Below, one piece after another: positions 43,977-54,513 of a DNA stretch of 64,000 nt. Location of the stretch: sequence record MK268344.1; one strand, written 5' to 3'. Every line of letters begins with the position of its first letter. Positions within the stretch are counted from its first letter, which is position 1. The notes under the pieces are model-generated. The model worked only from the letters and a program-made list of their open reading frames with translations, was not told the DNA's origin and searched no databases. A program made the translations under genes and the position numbers.

Positions 43977-44306
43977 ATGTTTCTTCAATATTATGGCATG
44001 ATTGGTTTTGCTATTGGTATTATAATCTGCTTAGTTTTTCTTTACCAATGGTATTTCAACGTAAAAGAATTTAAAGAACTAAAATACTTTGGTTCTTTCT
44101 TTTGTGTAATTGGTACTATTATGTCAGTGGTTGGATATGTACTATTGGTTATTTTTGGCGTTGGTGGCGATAATCCCGAACAGATGTTGCGTTTCTGGAA
44201 CAGGTGTGGTATTATATATTCAACAATTACGATATTATTCGTGATTGAGATGCTATTACATTATCGTTCAAAGTATATTATTGGGGATAAGAACAATGAA
44301 ACCTGA
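43977..44306 (+). CDS. membrane protein (3 TM)
   Basis: AGGAG RBS. Confidence 0.7.
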   Translation: MFLQYYGMIGFAIGIIICLVFLYQWYFNVKEFKELKYFGSFFCVIGTIMSVVGYVLLVIFGVGGDNPEQMLRFWNRCGIIYSTITILFVIEMLLHYRSKYIIGDKNNET

Positions 44307-44427
44307 TTCATGGGTTATTGAAGATATTCGCAGAATGCGGCAAACAAAAACCCGTACAAAAATCGAAGAATCATACTTAGAACTTCTATTGTGGTATGTG
44401 AAAGTACTTAATTCTAAGGAGTAATAT

Positions 44428-44766
44428 ATGTTCGGAACTACTAGTGATTTTATTGTTATTATCAGCCTAACATTAATGGTTATGTTATTCCTTGATTATG
44501 TCTTCGGTGCTGACAAACTTGAATTTGCCCGGACATTCCTTGTAAAGAATCAGGAATGGATTTTTGCACTAGGGTGGATTGGTGTTGGTACTATATTCAA
44601 ATGTATTGGAATCTTTACTGATAGTGAAACACTATATGGTTTAGGAACATTTTATGTTTGGATTATTATTGGTGCTTTCGGTATATATTATGGTTCATTA
44701 TATGTGGTAAAATTTATTTTGAATCTACGTTCTGCCAATATTGCAAAACGCAAAAAGCCCCGTTAA
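44428..44766 (+). CDS. membrane protein (3 TM)
   Basis: AAGGAG RBS. Confidence 0.7.
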   Translation: MFGTTSDFIVIISLTLMVMLFLDYVFGADKLEFARTFLVKNQEWIFALGWIGVGTIFKCIGIFTDSETLYGLGTFYVWIIIGAFGIYYGSLYVVKFILNLRSANIAKRKKPR

Positions 44767-44777
44767 GGGGCTTTTTT
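44752..44777. terminator. bidirectional intrinsic terminator
   Basis: AAAAAGCCCC-GTTAA-GGGGCTTTTT at convergence of + and - blocks. Confidence 0.85.
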
Positions 44778-45423
44778 ATTCAAATGGATATGTTGGTGGA
44801 GTTATGGATGATTCTGTATACAACGCAGAATTGCTTATTCTGATTTGGTCATAGTAAGCATTAGCAGAAGTTTCATACCCACCAATTCGTAATGGTGTGT
44901 TATAAACACCCCATCGATCGCCATTAAGAATCATTTTCAAAGAACCACTGATATATAAACGAACATCGGTTCCGCTCTGTACTAATGCTACATGTGTCCA
45001 TACATTAAGTGGTATATTACTTGAAATTAGGCTAGTACCTTTCGTTCTACCCTGTAAGTACAAATTACTTGTATAGATTTTTACACCACCAGTAACACCA
45101 GTACCATTACTGATATACCAGTTATTGGTATTTCTACCAACAGCATACATGTAAAATTCAATAGTATAATCACCTTCTTGTTTAGATACGTTAAGATCTT
45201 GCATTTGATCCACAGCTAAACTGATAAAACCAGAAGTGAATCTAAATGATTTCACTTGTTCGGGTAATACTATAGTACTGTCTATAGAAGGAGTACTGTT
45301 TAATGTAATAACCCTTCCCGGATTCCAAACATCTTTGAATCCATCTTTAGCTCTCATGAGCATACCATATTTTTTATCTGGTGCTGTATTAGCATATGTT
45401 AATAATCTTGAAAATGGTATCAT
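44776..45423 (-). CDS. MIPF-array protein: LamG/concanavalin-like domain
   Basis: MIPFSRLLTYAN; YTIEFYMY...WTHVALV...LYISG...LRIGG...YDQIRIS. Confidence 0.8.
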   Translation of the reverse strand: MIPFSRLLTYANTAPDKKYGMLMRAKDGFKDVWNPGRVITLNSTPSIDSTIVLPEQVKSFRFTSGFISLAVDQMQDLNVSKQEGDYTIEFYMYAVGRNTNNWYISNGTGVTGGVKIYTSNLYLQGRTKGTSLISSNIPLNVWTHVALVQSGTDVRLYISGSLKMILNGDRWGVYNTPLRIGGYETSANAYYDQIRISNSALYTESSITPPTYPFE

Positions 45424-45496
45424 TTTATTTTCCTTAATTTTGCAGACATATATTTAATTAGAAAAATCCCCTAACTTTGACAGTACATGGATACAT

Positions 45497-46627
45497 TTAA
45501 AAAGGTAAATCCGTCTGTTCAGAAATAATATAACTCAATGGTGTTTGGCATATCGAATAATTTTTACCAGCCATACTACTAGGTGGATATCCACTCATCC
45601 AAATTTTATTACCTGACCAGAAATAATTAATATACGTTCCACCACTATATGACATATTCGTATTATAAGAACTGAAATCTACTTCTTTCCATGATTCAAA
45701 ATATGGTAAATTATTGCTGGACTGACTATTAATAGGACTATACCCTGTACTAACAAGTTTATTTGTATCAGAATTGTGTAGATATAATCTACTAGGAGAT
45801 GGAGATATATTGTCATTATAAAATTTACTCATGTCACCTATATTGAATCCAACATTAATACTTTTTTGACTTAAACCTGAAACCCCTGTATTTGATGTAC
45901 CGGTAACATGGATAATATTATCAGTACTTATAACAATTATACCATTATTATAATAAATGGTATTAGGTGTGAAAGATATATCTTTAAGTACTTCGGTAAA
46001 CGTAACTTTATCTCCCGGTTGGTCATTTATTTGCAGGGAGTTATTATTTCCAGCACCCCAAATAGTATTATCATTTTTTACAATAAAACATGTGTCTCCG
46101 CCAGCATCACCAAAAACACTTTTAACATTTTCAGACATTAATACCCAATCACTAACAAATGTTTTAGTTCCATTTCCAATAGAACCATTGCGATTATATC
46201 CTCTACCATAAAGTTTACCATCATTTAACAAAACAAAGACAGTGTATCCAGCGATAATATTTTTAATATTAGATATATCGAAAGCTGAAAAGTACTGACT
46301 TACATCTGTAAATCCCTGCTGGATTGTATTCGCATTATGAAAGCAATATAATGATCCAGTAGCATACATTTTACCATCAGTCTTATGAGCAAAAGTAACA
46401 TACCCTGTCCAGAAGTTTACAACATCTTGTGCAGACAAGACAATATCTCCTGTTATATTCAAAGCTGTACTTCCACCCCATAGGTAATCATTATCAACAC
46501 CATGTGCATATAAATCCCCGTTTTCTAAGAGGATCAGACCACGGGTGTTATATGACAAAATTTTTTTAATACTTGGTAATCCGGGTGCTATATTAGCATA
46601 ATTTAATATACGAGTGAATGGTATCAT
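45497..46627 (-). CDS. MIPF-array protein: RCC1/BLIP-II-like beta-propeller
   Basis: MIPFTRILNYAN; repeats of (L/M)YxxGxNxxGxxG; AAGGAG RBS fixes start. Confidence 0.8.
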   Translation of the reverse strand: MIPFTRILNYANIAPGLPSIKKILSYNTRGLILLENGDLYAHGVDNDYLWGGSTALNITGDIVLSAQDVVNFWTGYVTFAHKTDGKMYATGSLYCFHNANTIQQGFTDVSQYFSAFDISNIKNIIAGYTVFVLLNDGKLYGRGYNRNGSIGNGTKTFVSDWVLMSENVKSVFGDAGGDTCFIVKNDNTIWGAGNNNSLQINDQPGDKVTFTEVLKDISFTPNTIYYNNGIIVISTDNIIHVTGTSNTGVSGLSQKSINVGFNIGDMSKFYNDNISPSPSRLYLHNSDTNKLVSTGYSPINSQSSNNLPYFESWKEVDFSSYNTNMSYSGGTYINYFWSGNKIWMSGYPPSSMAGKNYSICQTPLSYIISEQTDLPF

Positions 46628-46638
46628 TTTATTTCTCC

Positions 46639-47817
46639 TTACGTGTTCCACGGTAATTTTATTGGTGTGAATTTTGGATACAAAATAGTTGCTTCTAAAC
46701 CGGGTAAGTACTTACCTTGTCCAGCACCATAAACATTCCCATTAACATCACACAGTATTGTTGAATAATTTCCACATGCAGTTATTGTTTTTATTTCTGA
46801 ACCTTTTACTTGTACATCCCCTCCACCAAAAATAGTTGGTAGGTAATTAACAATAGTTGCCACAGTAGAACCAGTACCAGATGAATACGAACTCGCATTA
46901 TTATATCCATTAACCATCAATCTATCATAACCATCAACAATATATGTAAGAACATTAAATGTAGTGAATGATGATTTTGCAGGTAATGACAATGTATTAG
47001 TAACTAATGTTGGTTTTTGAACCGGGGCAGGTGAAGCAGTACTTCCCGGTGTTGCAGTACTATAATAATTTGTACCCCATGAATATACATTACCATCAAT
47101 TGTGATACATTTATAGGATAATGCATCGCTTGATAACGATTTACACTTTTGATTATTTGGTAACACCAATCTTGTAAATGATAAAAGTGTAACCCCGTTA
47201 TTGGCAATGCCAGAATTATTATCATTTCCACATCGGTATAGTTCTCCGGTTTTAGTAAGGAGCCATGTTGCAATATTTCCATTAACATCAAGTACTTCCT
47301 CTATTGGCCCACCAGTATGCTGTAACATAGTCCATGTTAATGGTGCGGTACTTAATCCAAATGATGGATAATTAGTTGGACTAATTACTTTTACAACCCC
47401 AGAACTATCAATTTTATATAATCCATGTCTAGTAGTAAATAACTTATGAATATCATTGCCATCTGATAGCATTAGATCAGTGAAATCAGTAAATGTATTT
47501 GTATTCGATGCATTTGGTATAACAGACGCAATCCAACCCGTATAAAACCATTTTCCATCTACTGTTTTGATTATACATCCCGGAGTCATATCTTCTATCC
47601 AAAAGTCTTCTACGTCATCGCGAAGAATATGCCATCCATCTAAAAAATTATTAATGTCTTGACCATTGCCAAATTCACCATTACTACTTTCACCGAATGC
47701 ATATAATATATTATTATTATCTAACAGATAAAGTGCTTTTTGCCATCCTGCTATTTTCTTTACAAATTTGTTTTGTACGGTATTTCCATACGTTAATATC
47801 CTTGCGAATGGTATCAT
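46639..47817 (-). CDS. MIPF-array protein: RCC1-like beta-propeller
   Basis: MIPFARILTYGN; LYAFGESSNGEFG, VYSWGTN. Confidence 0.8.
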   Translation of the reverse strand: MIPFARILTYGNTVQNKFVKKIAGWQKALYLLDNNNILYAFGESSNGEFGNGQDINNFLDGWHILRDDVEDFWIEDMTPGCIIKTVDGKWFYTGWIASVIPNASNTNTFTDFTDLMLSDGNDIHKLFTTRHGLYKIDSSGVVKVISPTNYPSFGLSTAPLTWTMLQHTGGPIEEVLDVNGNIATWLLTKTGELYRCGNDNNSGIANNGVTLLSFTRLVLPNNQKCKSLSSDALSYKCITIDGNVYSWGTNYYSTATPGSTASPAPVQKPTLVTNTLSLPAKSSFTTFNVLTYIVDGYDRLMVNGYNNASSYSSGTGSTVATIVNYLPTIFGGGDVQVKGSEIKTITACGNYSTILCDVNGNVYGAGQGKYLPGLEATILYPKFTPIKLPWNT

Positions 47818-49010
47818 TTTATATCTCCTTGATTTACATTCAATCCATGTTTCATTGATTCTTTCGTTAAATCTTTTGGGAATTTACCAAATTTGTCTGA
47901 TATATTAGTATAAGTATCATATGTAATTATTTCTGTTTTAGTATTAAATCTACCACACATATATATTGAACCATCTTTCAAGTATACATAAGTTGCTGAG
48001 TTACCTAAATCAAGATACACAATATCATTAGTATTAAATGGAACTTGAACTTTTACTGGAGATACTCTAACGGTTCCATCATTTAATCCTCTAAATGAAG
48101 TATTTCCGGTAACATACATACCTTCATTTGTGTAATACATAGTTGTATTACAGTTTGAAAATGAATTATCAGCAAGACCTATAATACTGGTTCTCATAGG
48201 CCATGAATTACTTATTATAGTGGTTGATGTTAGATTATTAGTAGAACCATTACCAAATACACCATTAAAACCAAATCCTCTTCCATACCACGTTTTATCA
48301 ACATAAGAAGGAAAAATTATTGCATATTGATGATCCTGTAGTGATTTACCATATATCTCATCAGTACTAGCATTTCCAATTAATACTGGATATGAATAAA
48401 AAGTACTTTCAGGGGCTGATGAAAATATACTAGCTATATTTTGACCACCACCATGTACTTGACCCGATGTATTAATTGTCCACCAGTTTGTACCACTATT
48501 ACCTATAGCTATAATATTTGTACTTACTAAATTCCAATTTGTATATGGCACTGTACTAGAGTTTAAACCCCTTTGTGAACCAATCACTCTGAAAAAATTA
48601 TTATTATCTATGAAACCAATACTAGGGGAACCTGTATTAAATGAAACTGTATCAATAATAATAGAGCCTGAAGAAAAGAAAATATCTTCTTTGAAAGTTG
48701 TTTCCATTGTATTGTCATTACTAGTACGATAAAATCTAGAACCCGTATAATAGACTTTATTATTAGTTTCTTGAAGCATCAAAGAGTTCCCAAATTGATC
48801 CATCCAGAAATTTTTTACGTTATTTCTTATAAGTGTCCAATCTTCATGCCATACTTTTGCTTGACCATCACCAAAAGCACCATTGCCTCTACCATGCAAT
48901 TCCCCATTACTTAATAAAATCATCCAAGATGCTGTACTGAATTGTATTTTAACAATCTTAGAATCTTCCGCTATATTGCCATAATTTAACATTCTTGTGA
49001 ACGGTATCAT
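47814..49010 (-). CDS. MIPF-array protein: RCC1-like beta-propeller
   Basis: MIPFTRMLNYGN; GELHGRGNG, GRGFGFNGVFG. Confidence 0.8.
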   Translation of the reverse strand: MIPFTRMLNYGNIAEDSKIVKIQFSTASWMILLSNGELHGRGNGAFGDGQAKVWHEDWTLIRNNVKNFWMDQFGNSLMLQETNNKVYYTGSRFYRTSNDNTMETTFKEDIFFSSGSIIIDTVSFNTGSPSIGFIDNNNFFRVIGSQRGLNSSTVPYTNWNLVSTNIIAIGNSGTNWWTINTSGQVHGGGQNIASIFSSAPESTFYSYPVLIGNASTDEIYGKSLQDHQYAIIFPSYVDKTWYGRGFGFNGVFGNGSTNNLTSTTIISNSWPMRTSIIGLADNSFSNCNTTMYYTNEGMYVTGNTSFRGLNDGTVRVSPVKVQVPFNTNDIVYLDLGNSATYVYLKDGSIYMCGRFNTKTEIITYDTYTNISDKFGKFPKDLTKESMKHGLNVNQGDIK

Positions 49011-49020
49011 CCCCTTCTCC

Positions 49021-50187
49021 TTATATTATTCTTGGTTGCATTGGAACTTTATTCCATTTGGTAAAATCTTCAGTTGACCCCGGTATCCATCTTGAATTAC
49101 CCACTGCATATACCGTATTTTCATGCCAATAATACACGTAATAACCACCTTGAACAACATGTGTTGGATCGAAGATAATATCTTGAAGAAAACCATTTTG
49201 CACTAAGGTTGAATATATTATTGTTGATGTATTACCTATTCCAAATCTACCATAGTAATCAGAACCAGAACTATATATAGATTCTGAAGTACAAAGATAA
49301 ATTGCTCCTTCACTGCAAAAACTATTTGTGTACTGAACAAATTTACTGGCTAATTCAGAATCAATTAATGTATTTTTTGTTAGTGTCGTGTAATAAGAAG
49401 ATGCAGTAGTCCCATCAGCACATAAACCATTACCACGAAACCCGCTCATATATACATCATTGCTTTCTGTAATAATCAAGACATTATTAGCACTTAAAAT
49501 AATGGTTTTTATTGGCAATGTAAACGGTACTTTATAGAATATAGGTTGCTCACTTGAAAATCCTAGACCTAAAGTTCCATATAAATTTCTTCCAGTACCG
49601 AAAAGTTCACCTGATGTACTAATATAAAATGAGGCATCACTTGATGAACTTAATGAACTATAAATTTCTTTCACACCACTAGCTACATGTTTAAATGATG
49701 CTGAAGGTGTAGTACCTAAACCAATATTACCGTACTGATTATTTGATGCATATGTTCCTTGACCAATAGCATAAAGCTGTTCATCTTGTAATAAAAATAA
49801 TCCTCTACTTCCAAACATTAATTTGGCTTTGTTTAAATCAAAGTTATTGAAAGTTGATGTTATTTCAGTAAATGTATTTAAATATCCAGATGATGCTCCC
49901 AATGATGCTCGATAACCAGTAAAAAACACTTTATTATTTTCAGTAATAATTAAAGTACAGTCAACACCAACATATATATCTTTTATATTTTCGATTGGAC
50001 ATTTTACCCATGTATTTTTGTTTACTAATGTTCCATCACCTAATTGACCACTTGTATTATCACCAGTACCAAATGCTTGACCATCATCAAATAGTACAAA
50101 AATAAATCCATAATACGAAACAACTTTTTTAATTTTAGTTTTTGGTAAAATATTACCATATGATATAATTCTTGGAAACGGAATCAT
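49021..50187 (-). CDS. MIPF-array protein: RCC1-like beta-propeller
   Basis: MIPFPRIISYGN; GTGDNTSGQLG, GTGRNLYGTLG. Confidence 0.82.
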   Translation of the reverse strand: MIPFPRIISYGNILPKTKIKKVVSYYGFIFVLFDDGQAFGTGDNTSGQLGDGTLVNKNTWVKCPIENIKDIYVGVDCTLIITENNKVFFTGYRASLGASSGYLNTFTEITSTFNNFDLNKAKLMFGSRGLFLLQDEQLYAIGQGTYASNNQYGNIGLGTTPSASFKHVASGVKEIYSSLSSSSDASFYISTSGELFGTGRNLYGTLGLGFSSEQPIFYKVPFTLPIKTIILSANNVLIITESNDVYMSGFRGNGLCADGTTASSYYTTLTKNTLIDSELASKFVQYTNSFCSEGAIYLCTSESIYSSGSDYYGRFGIGNTSTIIYSTLVQNGFLQDIIFDPTHVVQGGYYVYYWHENTVYAVGNSRWIPGSTEDFTKWNKVPMQPRII

Positions 50188-51341
50188 TTTATCTCCTTAA
50201 ATGTAGTACCCGGTGGGAATGATAATTCTTTAAATTGTACAGTTGCTGGAGTACTAGGATAACCAACAACAAAACGTTGTTGTCCACAAAAGAACATTTT
50301 ATTCTCATCGTACCATATACTTGATTCATTTCCAAAGTATCCTTTTACTTTAGAAGGATTTAACCCACTATTTCCTAGATTAGTTGTCCACAACCCAAGA
50401 TTATCATCATCTGTACCAGCCCCCATATAAGTAAGATTACCACTGAAGTATATAGTAGGATTATCACTATCTTTATTCATTGATACAAACGCATTAAATG
50501 TATTATTACTTGTACCCAAAATATAGCTATTATCAGGAGTAACCTTAGTAATATTTGGAAGAGGAATAAAGGTGTTACTTGAACTACCTCTACCGGTTGC
50601 CTGAGCACCAGTACTATATATAGTACCATCACTTAATACAATCCAAGTACTATTATTAGCGGAAGAAACACCATCAACTTTATCAAAATTATAAATGGAA
50701 TTTATGTTTGTCCAAGTATTAGACTGTGTTGTTCCATTATATCCAAGAGAACCTCCTTGATTCCATCCAGTACCAAATAAGATACCATTATTATCAATAT
50801 AAAAGGAATTATTACTACTTGATGTAACATACTTTACATTTGATGCGAGCTTTATGTAAGTGCGATGATCTGTTGTATTACCAGTACCTAATACTCCACG
50901 ACTGTTAGTATATGCTAAACCATATAAGTCATCATCTTCAGTAATTCCGAAAACAGTATTATTAGTTATACTGAATTTGACTATTGGCTTATTTCCACCA
51001 ACACCAATTAGATTTGTAATATCAACTGGTTCCTGTGTACCCCTTGTGTTACCAGTAAAAGCTATATCTCCTGCACCATAAATCGTATCACCTTTTCTAT
51101 AAGCAATACCACTATTCCATGAATCTATGATATCAGTAACTCCAGTATCAACCACTACATAAGATTTAACAGCAGAAGTTGAACCATCCCTACTGATTTG
51201 TCCATAACGATTGTATCCAGCACCCCAAAGTGTTCCGTCATACCATAAAATATAGGTGTCTAATGCGTGAGAAATTTTTCGAACTGCGGTAGGCTTTACA
51301 GCTTCATTTCCATATTTCATAATTCTTGCAAATGGTATCAT
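50184..51341 (-). CDS. MIPF-array protein: RCC1-like beta-propeller
   Basis: MIPFARIMKYGN; WGAGYNRYGQI, FGTGWNQGGSLG. Confidence 0.82.
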   Translation of the reverse strand: MIPFARIMKYGNEAVKPTAVRKISHALDTYILWYDGTLWGAGYNRYGQISRDGSTSAVKSYVVVDTGVTDIIDSWNSGIAYRKGDTIYGAGDIAFTGNTRGTQEPVDITNLIGVGGNKPIVKFSITNNTVFGITEDDDLYGLAYTNSRGVLGTGNTTDHRTYIKLASNVKYVTSSSNNSFYIDNNGILFGTGWNQGGSLGYNGTTQSNTWTNINSIYNFDKVDGVSSANNSTWIVLSDGTIYSTGAQATGRGSSSNTFIPLPNITKVTPDNSYILGTSNNTFNAFVSMNKDSDNPTIYFSGNLTYMGAGTDDDNLGLWTTNLGNSGLNPSKVKGYFGNESSIWYDENKMFFCGQQRFVVGYPSTPATVQFKELSFPPGTTFKEIK

Positions 51342-52039
51342 ATTTGAACCTCCCTCATCTTAATATATTGTATCCTACCTTTGAATAAAACCGGATTAGC
51401 ATTATTATCACCATCAACATATGAACCAAATAAACTAAAATACTGATTAACAGGAGATAATATTTGATACCACGGAAATGTTTGTGTTTCATTAAAAAGT
51501 TCAGAATGTACTGTAATAGAAATACCTTTTCTAAATTCCATTTTTATGGTATCCCAAGCATTGGGGTTAGCCCATGTAGGAAGTACTCTGGCATAATTAT
51601 TTCCCCAATCTATGAATACTTGATTATATGTAGAACTATATTGGTTGAATGCATTAACAAAACCCGATATTCTTCTGGAATTATAATTACCAGTTTCAAA
51701 TAACGCTTGTCCTCCGATTGGTGAACATTTCATTCTATATTCTATGTCAAATGCATTATATAGACTGAAGTCCAATTTGGTTCCTTTTACCGGATTTAAA
51801 GTTCTAAAATAAGCACTACTATTTGTACAATCTAATACATTAGACCCAATTTCATCATCATATACCACAGTTCCTGCGACGGGATTAATTGTACCGATTT
51901 GTGAACGTTGTAAAAATTGATTACCTGCTCTATCAGGAACGCCCGTACTACCAATTTCTTGAGTACTGTAATCTACATCAAGTATCATTTTTTCAGGAGC
52001 GATATTCCCGTATGTTAATATCTTTGAAAAAGGTATCAT
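51338..52039 (-). CDS. MIPF-array protein: LamG/lectin-like beta-sandwich
   Basis: MIPFSKILTYGN; FDIEYRMK...LFETG...WDTIKMEF...FKGRIQYIKM. Confidence 0.7.
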   Translation of the reverse strand: MIPFSKILTYGNIAPEKMILDVDYSTQEIGSTGVPDRAGNQFLQRSQIGTINPVAGTVVYDDEIGSNVLDCTNSSAYFRTLNPVKGTKLDFSLYNAFDIEYRMKCSPIGGQALFETGNYNSRRISGFVNAFNQYSSTYNQVFIDWGNNYARVLPTWANPNAWDTIKMEFRKGISITVHSELFNETQTFPWYQILSPVNQYFSLFGSYVDGDNNANPVLFKGRIQYIKMREVQI

Positions 52040-52110
52040 ATATCCCCCATAATTCTTGTAATTATACTATATTTAATTAAAAAAGGCCAGTACTAGTATT
52101 GTACTGGCCT
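52032..52110 (-). repeat. cassette junction repeat type A (terminator + TAAATA + RBS + start); copies at 57716-57792 and 61268-61342
   Basis: GGTATCATATATCCCCCATAATT..TGTAATTATACTATATTTAATTAAAAAAGGC.AGTAC nearly identical at three junctions. Confidence 0.85.
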
Positions 52111-52115
52111 TTTTA

Positions 52116-53237
52116 TTATTTCCAAGGCATTTTTTCATCGGCAAGTCGAGTAAGCCTATTGTAAAATGAAATTCCATTTATTGGTGTATTACCACATACA
52201 AACATATCATCGTTATTATCAATAACCATTGAAAATAAATTATCACCACCAAAGGATACAATATTAGATACTGTACCAAATATCATTGGTGTAAGTGTAG
52301 CTTGTGCTGACGAAGCTGCACCATTACCACATTGTCCATATATATTAAATCCACAACGCCATATTTGATTGTTAATCCATATCATCGGTGACATACCCGC
52401 ACTATTTGATAAAGAACCAATTACTCTTAATGGTACAGAAGGATCAAATTGAGTACGGATCTGTACTGAATTAAGTACTGGATTCGTATTACCAACAGAA
52501 CCTTGACCTTGCGTGTTAATTGATGCAGTTCGTATAGAACCATCTTTCATAAAATAATATGTTGTATAAAATGTATTAGCAGTGTACAATACATCATCCA
52601 ATGTTTTTGTAAATGTAGGTACTGAGGTTGGCGTAGTACCAGATAACATCATCGTTCCTGCATAATAACAGCTTCCATCACTTAATATTAAACAGGTTGT
52701 ATTAAATCCACAGGACATGTACTGAACGTTTTCGATTGAACTATATGTGAATTTAGTAACACTAGCAGAACTACCAGTACCGAAACACCCCGCACTATTG
52801 CTTCCATAAAAGAACCATTTTCCATTATTCAATAATACTCTAATACCTTCAGCAATGTAAACACTTTTTATATCATCTGGCGATACCCCAAAATCTGAAA
52901 AGTACTTCGTTACATTAACAAAGGATCTTGTATTTTGTGCTATTGGCATACCATATGTACTTCCAGTGTACCACATTATATTATCTTCATCTATAGCCAG
53001 TGTTCCATGTACACCACCGAAATATCTTTTCACTCTGGTTAATACCTTAGTCCACGATGATAGGTTCGTTGTATCACCAGTTCCTAATTGACCCAAGTTA
53101 TTCTGTCCAATTGCATATAGATCACCATTACGGTGTAAATACCATGCTGCACTGTAATTTACCTGAACTCGTTCACCCAATATAGTCGGTGCTTTAACTT
53201 CATTGCCATAACTTAATATTCTTGTAAATGGTATCAT
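52116..53237 (-). CDS. MIPF-array protein: RCC1-like beta-propeller
   Basis: MIPFTRILSYGN; LYAIGQNNLGQLGTG, CGFNIYGQCG. Confidence 0.82.
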   Translation of the reverse strand: MIPFTRILSYGNEVKAPTILGERVQVNYSAAWYLHRNGDLYAIGQNNLGQLGTGDTTNLSSWTKVLTRVKRYFGGVHGTLAIDEDNIMWYTGSTYGMPIAQNTRSFVNVTKYFSDFGVSPDDIKSVYIAEGIRVLLNNGKWFFYGSNSAGCFGTGSSASVTKFTYSSIENVQYMSCGFNTTCLILSDGSCYYAGTMMLSGTTPTSVPTFTKTLDDVLYTANTFYTTYYFMKDGSIRTASINTQGQGSVGNTNPVLNSVQIRTQFDPSVPLRVIGSLSNSAGMSPMIWINNQIWRCGFNIYGQCGNGAASSAQATLTPMIFGTVSNIVSFGGDNLFSMVIDNNDDMFVCGNTPINGISFYNRLTRLADEKMPWK

Positions 53238-53259
53238 TATTATTCCTCGATTATTTTAA

Positions 53260-54429
53260 TTACATTGGCAATACCAACGGAAGTACTGAACCAATACCAT
53301 ATGTTGGAACATTACTTTGTATTGTTGGTGCTGTATTTTTTGGTGAAGATGTGGCTATATTAGGAAAAGATGAAGATGGATTAAACAATACTATATTACC
53401 AGAACCACTCATAAGCATCAACCCATCGTATTTCTCATTTTGTGCACATTTCTCGAATGTTCCAATGTCAACTGTAGAATTCACATAGTTTTTACTTCTA
53501 TGTCCACAACCATATATTTCATTATCAACTGTCATGTAATATGATACGCTTCCTGAACTCGTATTAATAAATTTAAAATAGCTACGGAAATTAGCTGGTA
53601 GAATTGGTAATGTTCCTGATACGAATCCATAAAACCCACTATTAGTATTACCATTACCCAACGAACCATATGATCCCCATCCAGTTCCGTAATATGTCCC
53701 ATCAGATAAAAAAATTATACAATTGTTATTGCACATTTTAATTTGATTGATTTTTTGAACATCCACACCCGGAAATGATTCAGTAAATGTTAATACATTA
53801 GAAACACTACTTGCATTACATTGGTTTTGTGTATTACGTCCAGATGATAGTACTGTGCCATCTTCTAAGATAATTCTTGCTGCTCCAGTACCAGACATAC
53901 ATGCTACCGCATTTGATGAATTAAACAATTTCTTTAACGAAAAAAAACCAACATTGGCTTTCCCTTGACCTGACCAACCTTCTGTATCAGTACCAATACC
54001 CCACACCGAACCATCATTATGAATAAGCATAAGACCATTTCTATCAATATTAATGTATTTTATCTCATTAATATCTATTCCGACAAAACTAGATGTAACG
54101 TCAATCCATGTATTCGAAACTGTTACAGAACTTTTCAATACGTTGTGACCAGTTAACATAACTTTACCAGTACTTGTAATATATATTGTTTGTGAAAAAC
54201 CAGTACTACATAACCTAACTTCATCAACTTCGGGAACCATAATCCACTCATTAAATGAATTTGTGTTATTTCCAGTACCCAATTGACCATTGGCATTACT
54301 ACCAGACAAATATAACTTTTCATTGTAAATCAATGAATACGTTTCACTATATTCTGAAGTACTCAATAAAATTGATTTTGGTATTGGTGGGGTATTTCCA
54401 TATAACATGATTCTAGCAAATGGTATCAT
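53260..54429 (-). CDS. MIPF-array protein: RCC1-like beta-propeller
   Basis: MIPFARIMLYGN; SGSNANGQLGTG, SGRNTQNQC. Confidence 0.82.
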   Translation of the reverse strand: MIPFARIMLYGNTPPIPKSILLSTSEYSETYSLIYNEKLYLSGSNANGQLGTGNNTNSFNEWIMVPEVDEVRLCSTGFSQTIYITSTGKVMLTGHNVLKSSVTVSNTWIDVTSSFVGIDINEIKYINIDRNGLMLIHNDGSVWGIGTDTEGWSGQGKANVGFFSLKKLFNSSNAVACMSGTGAARIILEDGTVLSSGRNTQNQCNASSVSNVLTFTESFPGVDVQKINQIKMCNNNCIIFLSDGTYYGTGWGSYGSLGNGNTNSGFYGFVSGTLPILPANFRSYFKFINTSSGSVSYYMTVDNEIYGCGHRSKNYVNSTVDIGTFEKCAQNEKYDGLMLMSGSGNIVLFNPSSSFPNIATSSPKNTAPTIQSNVPTYGIGSVLPLVLPM

Positions 54430-54472
54430 ACATTCTCCTTATTTGTACAATTATATTATATTTAATTAAAAA
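54413..54472 (-). repeat. 60-bp exact direct repeat (cassette junction type B), second copy 55682-55741
   Basis: CTAGCAAATGGTATCATACATTCTCCTTATTTGTACAATTATATTATATTTAATTAAAAA identical in both. Confidence 0.9.
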
Positions 54473-54513
54473 AAGGCCAATACTGTATCAGTACTAACCG
54501 ACATTTAATTTAA

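Noticed and set aside
1-44766. Alternative genetic code suggested by the TCA-anticodon-like element
   Set aside because: ORFs are intact and tightly coupled under code 11, with TGA/TAG used as genuine stops (ATGA overlaps).
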